64,000 nucleotides of DNA, taken from assembly GCF_001447785.1 (NCBI RefSeq), contig NW_015161419.1, forward strand, positions 6,327 through 70,326, read 5' to 3'. This DNA is from Gekko japonicus (Eukaryota). Under the pieces are notes generated by a model. That model had not been told where the DNA came from, made no database searches, and worked only from the letters and a program-made list of their open reading frames with translations. Below, in pieces: positions 62,443-64,000 of the stretch; positions within the stretch are counted from its first letter, which is position 1, and every line of letters starts with the position of its first letter. Both the position numbers and the translations under genes were made by a program.

Positions 62443-64000
62443 ATGTACAAAAAATTGTTCCTGAAGAGAGATGCTGAGTTTTAACTTTCTTTTTGCCGAC
62501 TTGTGTGTAAACACCCTTCCATGTATAGAAACAAGAGAGAAGGTTAGCAAATTCCAGAGGTTAAAAGGGTGGATCAGCCTCAGGATCACTGAGCCGAATA
62601 TTCGGGAGAAGACCTAATTCTAGGAACGCAAGTCTCAGTTGACATCAGAAAAAGCAGTAGGGAGAAATGGTGGGCAGATGAAGGAATAAAAGCATACAGA
62701 TGCATTAAGGTGCACTTAAGTAGCCTAAAAATAACTGTAAGATTTTTGCTGCATTAAGGTCTGTATAAAGTGTCAGCTTATAGCCTGGAGTGGAAACATT
62801 CCAGGTGTGTTAGAAGTTGGATGCTGGCACAGAGAGAGTTAAACTTATTTTTACTGATATGTGTGACTTTCATTTGACAAAGTATCTGATGCAATAATAT
62901 GAAGTGTGAAGTTTACTTTTGCGTGGAATTTTAAGTATAGAATGATAGTAGCATGATAGTAGCATAATAGGATGTTGAAGTGTACGCTTGTTGAAACTTT
63001 TCTTACTGATTTCCCCCCTTGTGCTCTAAATTACTTCATTACTCCAGAGTATATGCAGTAATGTAATGGTATGCTAATTAATTCCTGTGATTAAATTATT
63101 ACTGTGCCAGACAAAGAGATCTTGACTGAAGAAGGCAGAGAATTCCCTTTTTGCCTTCTCATTTTTCTTTCACCTTCCCTTTACAACTCTAGCTAATATA
63201 ACGTGATTAAGGTGTATATATTCTTTCAGTTGTCATATTGCATGGCTAGGTAGGAAAATAAGAATTCTATTTTTAATCTGTCAGACATACTTAATGGAAT
63301 GAATTATGAAATACGCATTGGACAGGAATTTCTGTTTCTTAGTTTTCATCAGTGATTTTATGGTTAACAGTAAAAGTCCTATTACAGAGTAATGCCAACC
63401 TTTAATGATTTTCAAAAGCAACTTAAGTAATTGGTAACCAGGTTTGTTCAGTATGTTCTGTTTATGAATGTGAAAAACAGAAATGTGTGCCAGGTATGAA
63501 ACCAGCACAGCAGGAGAGTAATTCTTGAATGATCATAGTTTAACTTTGGCAAGATTTCTTTAGCAGATGAAGGGAAAAGTCCACAAAATGCTTGCATCAT
63601 CCAGAGGTAATGTAAATTAATGAGTTGGATCCAGCACAAAATACTTACTTATGGTAGAGCTCTTGTGCAAGTGGAAGGCATTTCTGCTTGTGCAAAACAT
63701 GCAACCAATTTCTGGGCAATATTTATTGCCCTGGGCAACAGTCTGCTGCTTCACTGCATGCCTCCATTTCAAGAATTGTGGGAACCTTTTTTGTATGATG
63801 GCTGCCTGGAGAGGATGGTTTGCACAAACAGGAACACTATATGACCACGGCCCCTAGCCTTCAAGCAAGCACTGCTTGAGCTGTCAAGATCACTTGGGGA
63901 TTGCCATGATGTACAGATCTGCTTAAGTAGCACTGAACCACCATACATATGATGAGGGGTAAGGCAGGCTGCCTCACTAAACAGCTTGACATCACAATCG

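Larger units (their letters stand above)
4583..64000 (+). other. COMMD10: Long COMMD10 intron following this exon (continues beyond the window)
   Basis: GTAAGA donor at 4583. By eye I found no exon encoding the next peptide (SLEKVLVEFSHKELFDFYNK-like) in the rest of the window. The orthologous mammalian intron is also very large. Confidence 0.75.

Overview
Vertebrate genomic DNA from a squamate reptile, probably a gecko. This is inferred from a Sauria SINE, Squam3-like SINEs, a Bov-B tail, CR1 and reptile-type Penelope hairpins. The only host coding sequence I can recognise is one 111-nt exon of COMMD10 (4472-4582, + strand; [37 protein letters not shown], equivalent to human exon 5). I did not find the flanking exons, so the remaining ~59 kb is most likely the very long intron that follows it, as in mammals. 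That intron is full of mobile DNA: three decayed DIRS-type tyrosine-recombinase retrotransposons (one apparently nested in another, carrying a solo LTR and a 2-kb duplication), CR1, L2 and RTE fragments, tRNA- and 5S-derived SINEs, hAT and Harbinger-like MITEs, solo LTRs and Penelope remnants. Nearly all other ORFs in the track are spurious or TE-derived. I see no evidence of a new protein-coding system. The best leads are non-coding: (i) an apparently intact minimal hammerhead ribozyme in the sense orientation of the intron (44060-44105); (ii) a non-autonomous Helitron-like family with hairpin+CTTG ends, unrelated interiors and head-to-tail junctions; (iii) a hAT MITE carrying a 144-nt CpG-rich palindrome with ETS-CRE composite motifs; (iv) candidate AG|GT recursive-splice or microexon sites. 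All family names come from recall and were not checked against a database.
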